Origin: Bacteroidia bacterium
GTDB taxonomy: Bacteria > Bacteroidota > Bacteroidia > B-17B0 > Aurantibacillaceae
Direction of reading: 5' to 3'
NCBI GenBank assembly: GCA_035484495.1
Contig: DATHOW010000187.1
Coordinates: 1 to 46,950 of the forward strand
DNA: 46,950 nt
In this document: positions 46,798-46,950 of the stretch, in pieces
Numbering within the stretch: position 1 is the first letter of the stretch
Layout: each line of letters begins with the position of its first letter
Translations under genes and position numbers: made by a program
The notes under the pieces: model-generated
Database searches by the model: none
What the model was told of the DNA's origin: nothing
Seen by the model: the letters and a program-made list of their open reading frames with translations, nothing else

Positions 46798-46950
46798 TTA
46801 AACTAAACCCTCCAACAAATTATCATCAACCAAATTAGGGATAGTGACTTTTAAATTAGGTGTTCTGTTCATTTCGCGTTTAATGGCAAACAAAGCTTCT
46901 TTATTGCGTGCCCAACTACGGCGTGCAATGCCATTGTTTACATCCCAAAA
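46798..46950 (-). CDS. hutU: Urocanate hydratase C-terminal 50 aa (gene continues beyond window)
   Basis: Manual translation FWDVNNGIARRSWARNKEALFAIKREMNRTPNLKVTIPNLVDDNLLEGLV*; WDV.NG..RR.W is the urocanase C-terminal motif. Confidence 0.85.
   Translation of the reverse strand, partial: FWDVNNGIARRSWARNKEALFAIKREMNRTPNLKVTIPNLVDDNLLEGLV

Overview
AT-rich, very gene-dense window from a Bacteroidota genome, judged from TAnnTTTG -7 promoter boxes, type IX secretion (T9SS) genes and maeB-ruvA-sprA-gcvH synteny. It holds 33 CDS, two cut by the window edges: an M3 oligoendopeptidase at the left and the 3' end of urocanate hydratase at the right, which the ORF track missed. I saw no rRNA, tRNA, CRISPR array or mobile element. 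Most genes are housekeeping (comM/yifB, lipB, gpsA, clpS, maeB, ruvA, gcvH, scoB). The notable parts concern the cell surface. (1) A wzc-led operon has no wza or glycosyltransferases; it encodes a CBS-DegT aminotransferase fusion, a Gfo/Idh/MocA dehydrogenase, an SpsF-like cytidylyltransferase and a class III aminotransferase with a CxxC-x9-CxxC insert. (2) That operon is transcribed divergently, from mirror-image promoter candidates, from a 73-aa gene made of a signal peptide, a CWPYC mini-core and a PID-CTERM-like tail. (3) A porV-like/porU-like (C25) pair lies about 2 kb from sprA and next to a GT-C-like membrane protein; the PorU-like protein is packed with O-glycosylation sequons. (4) There is a 1.2-kaa T9SS cargo adhesin-like protein. 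(5) A perfect 29-bp palindrome sits over a promoter, and several genes look leaderless. All family calls come from motifs recognised by eye; no searches were run.
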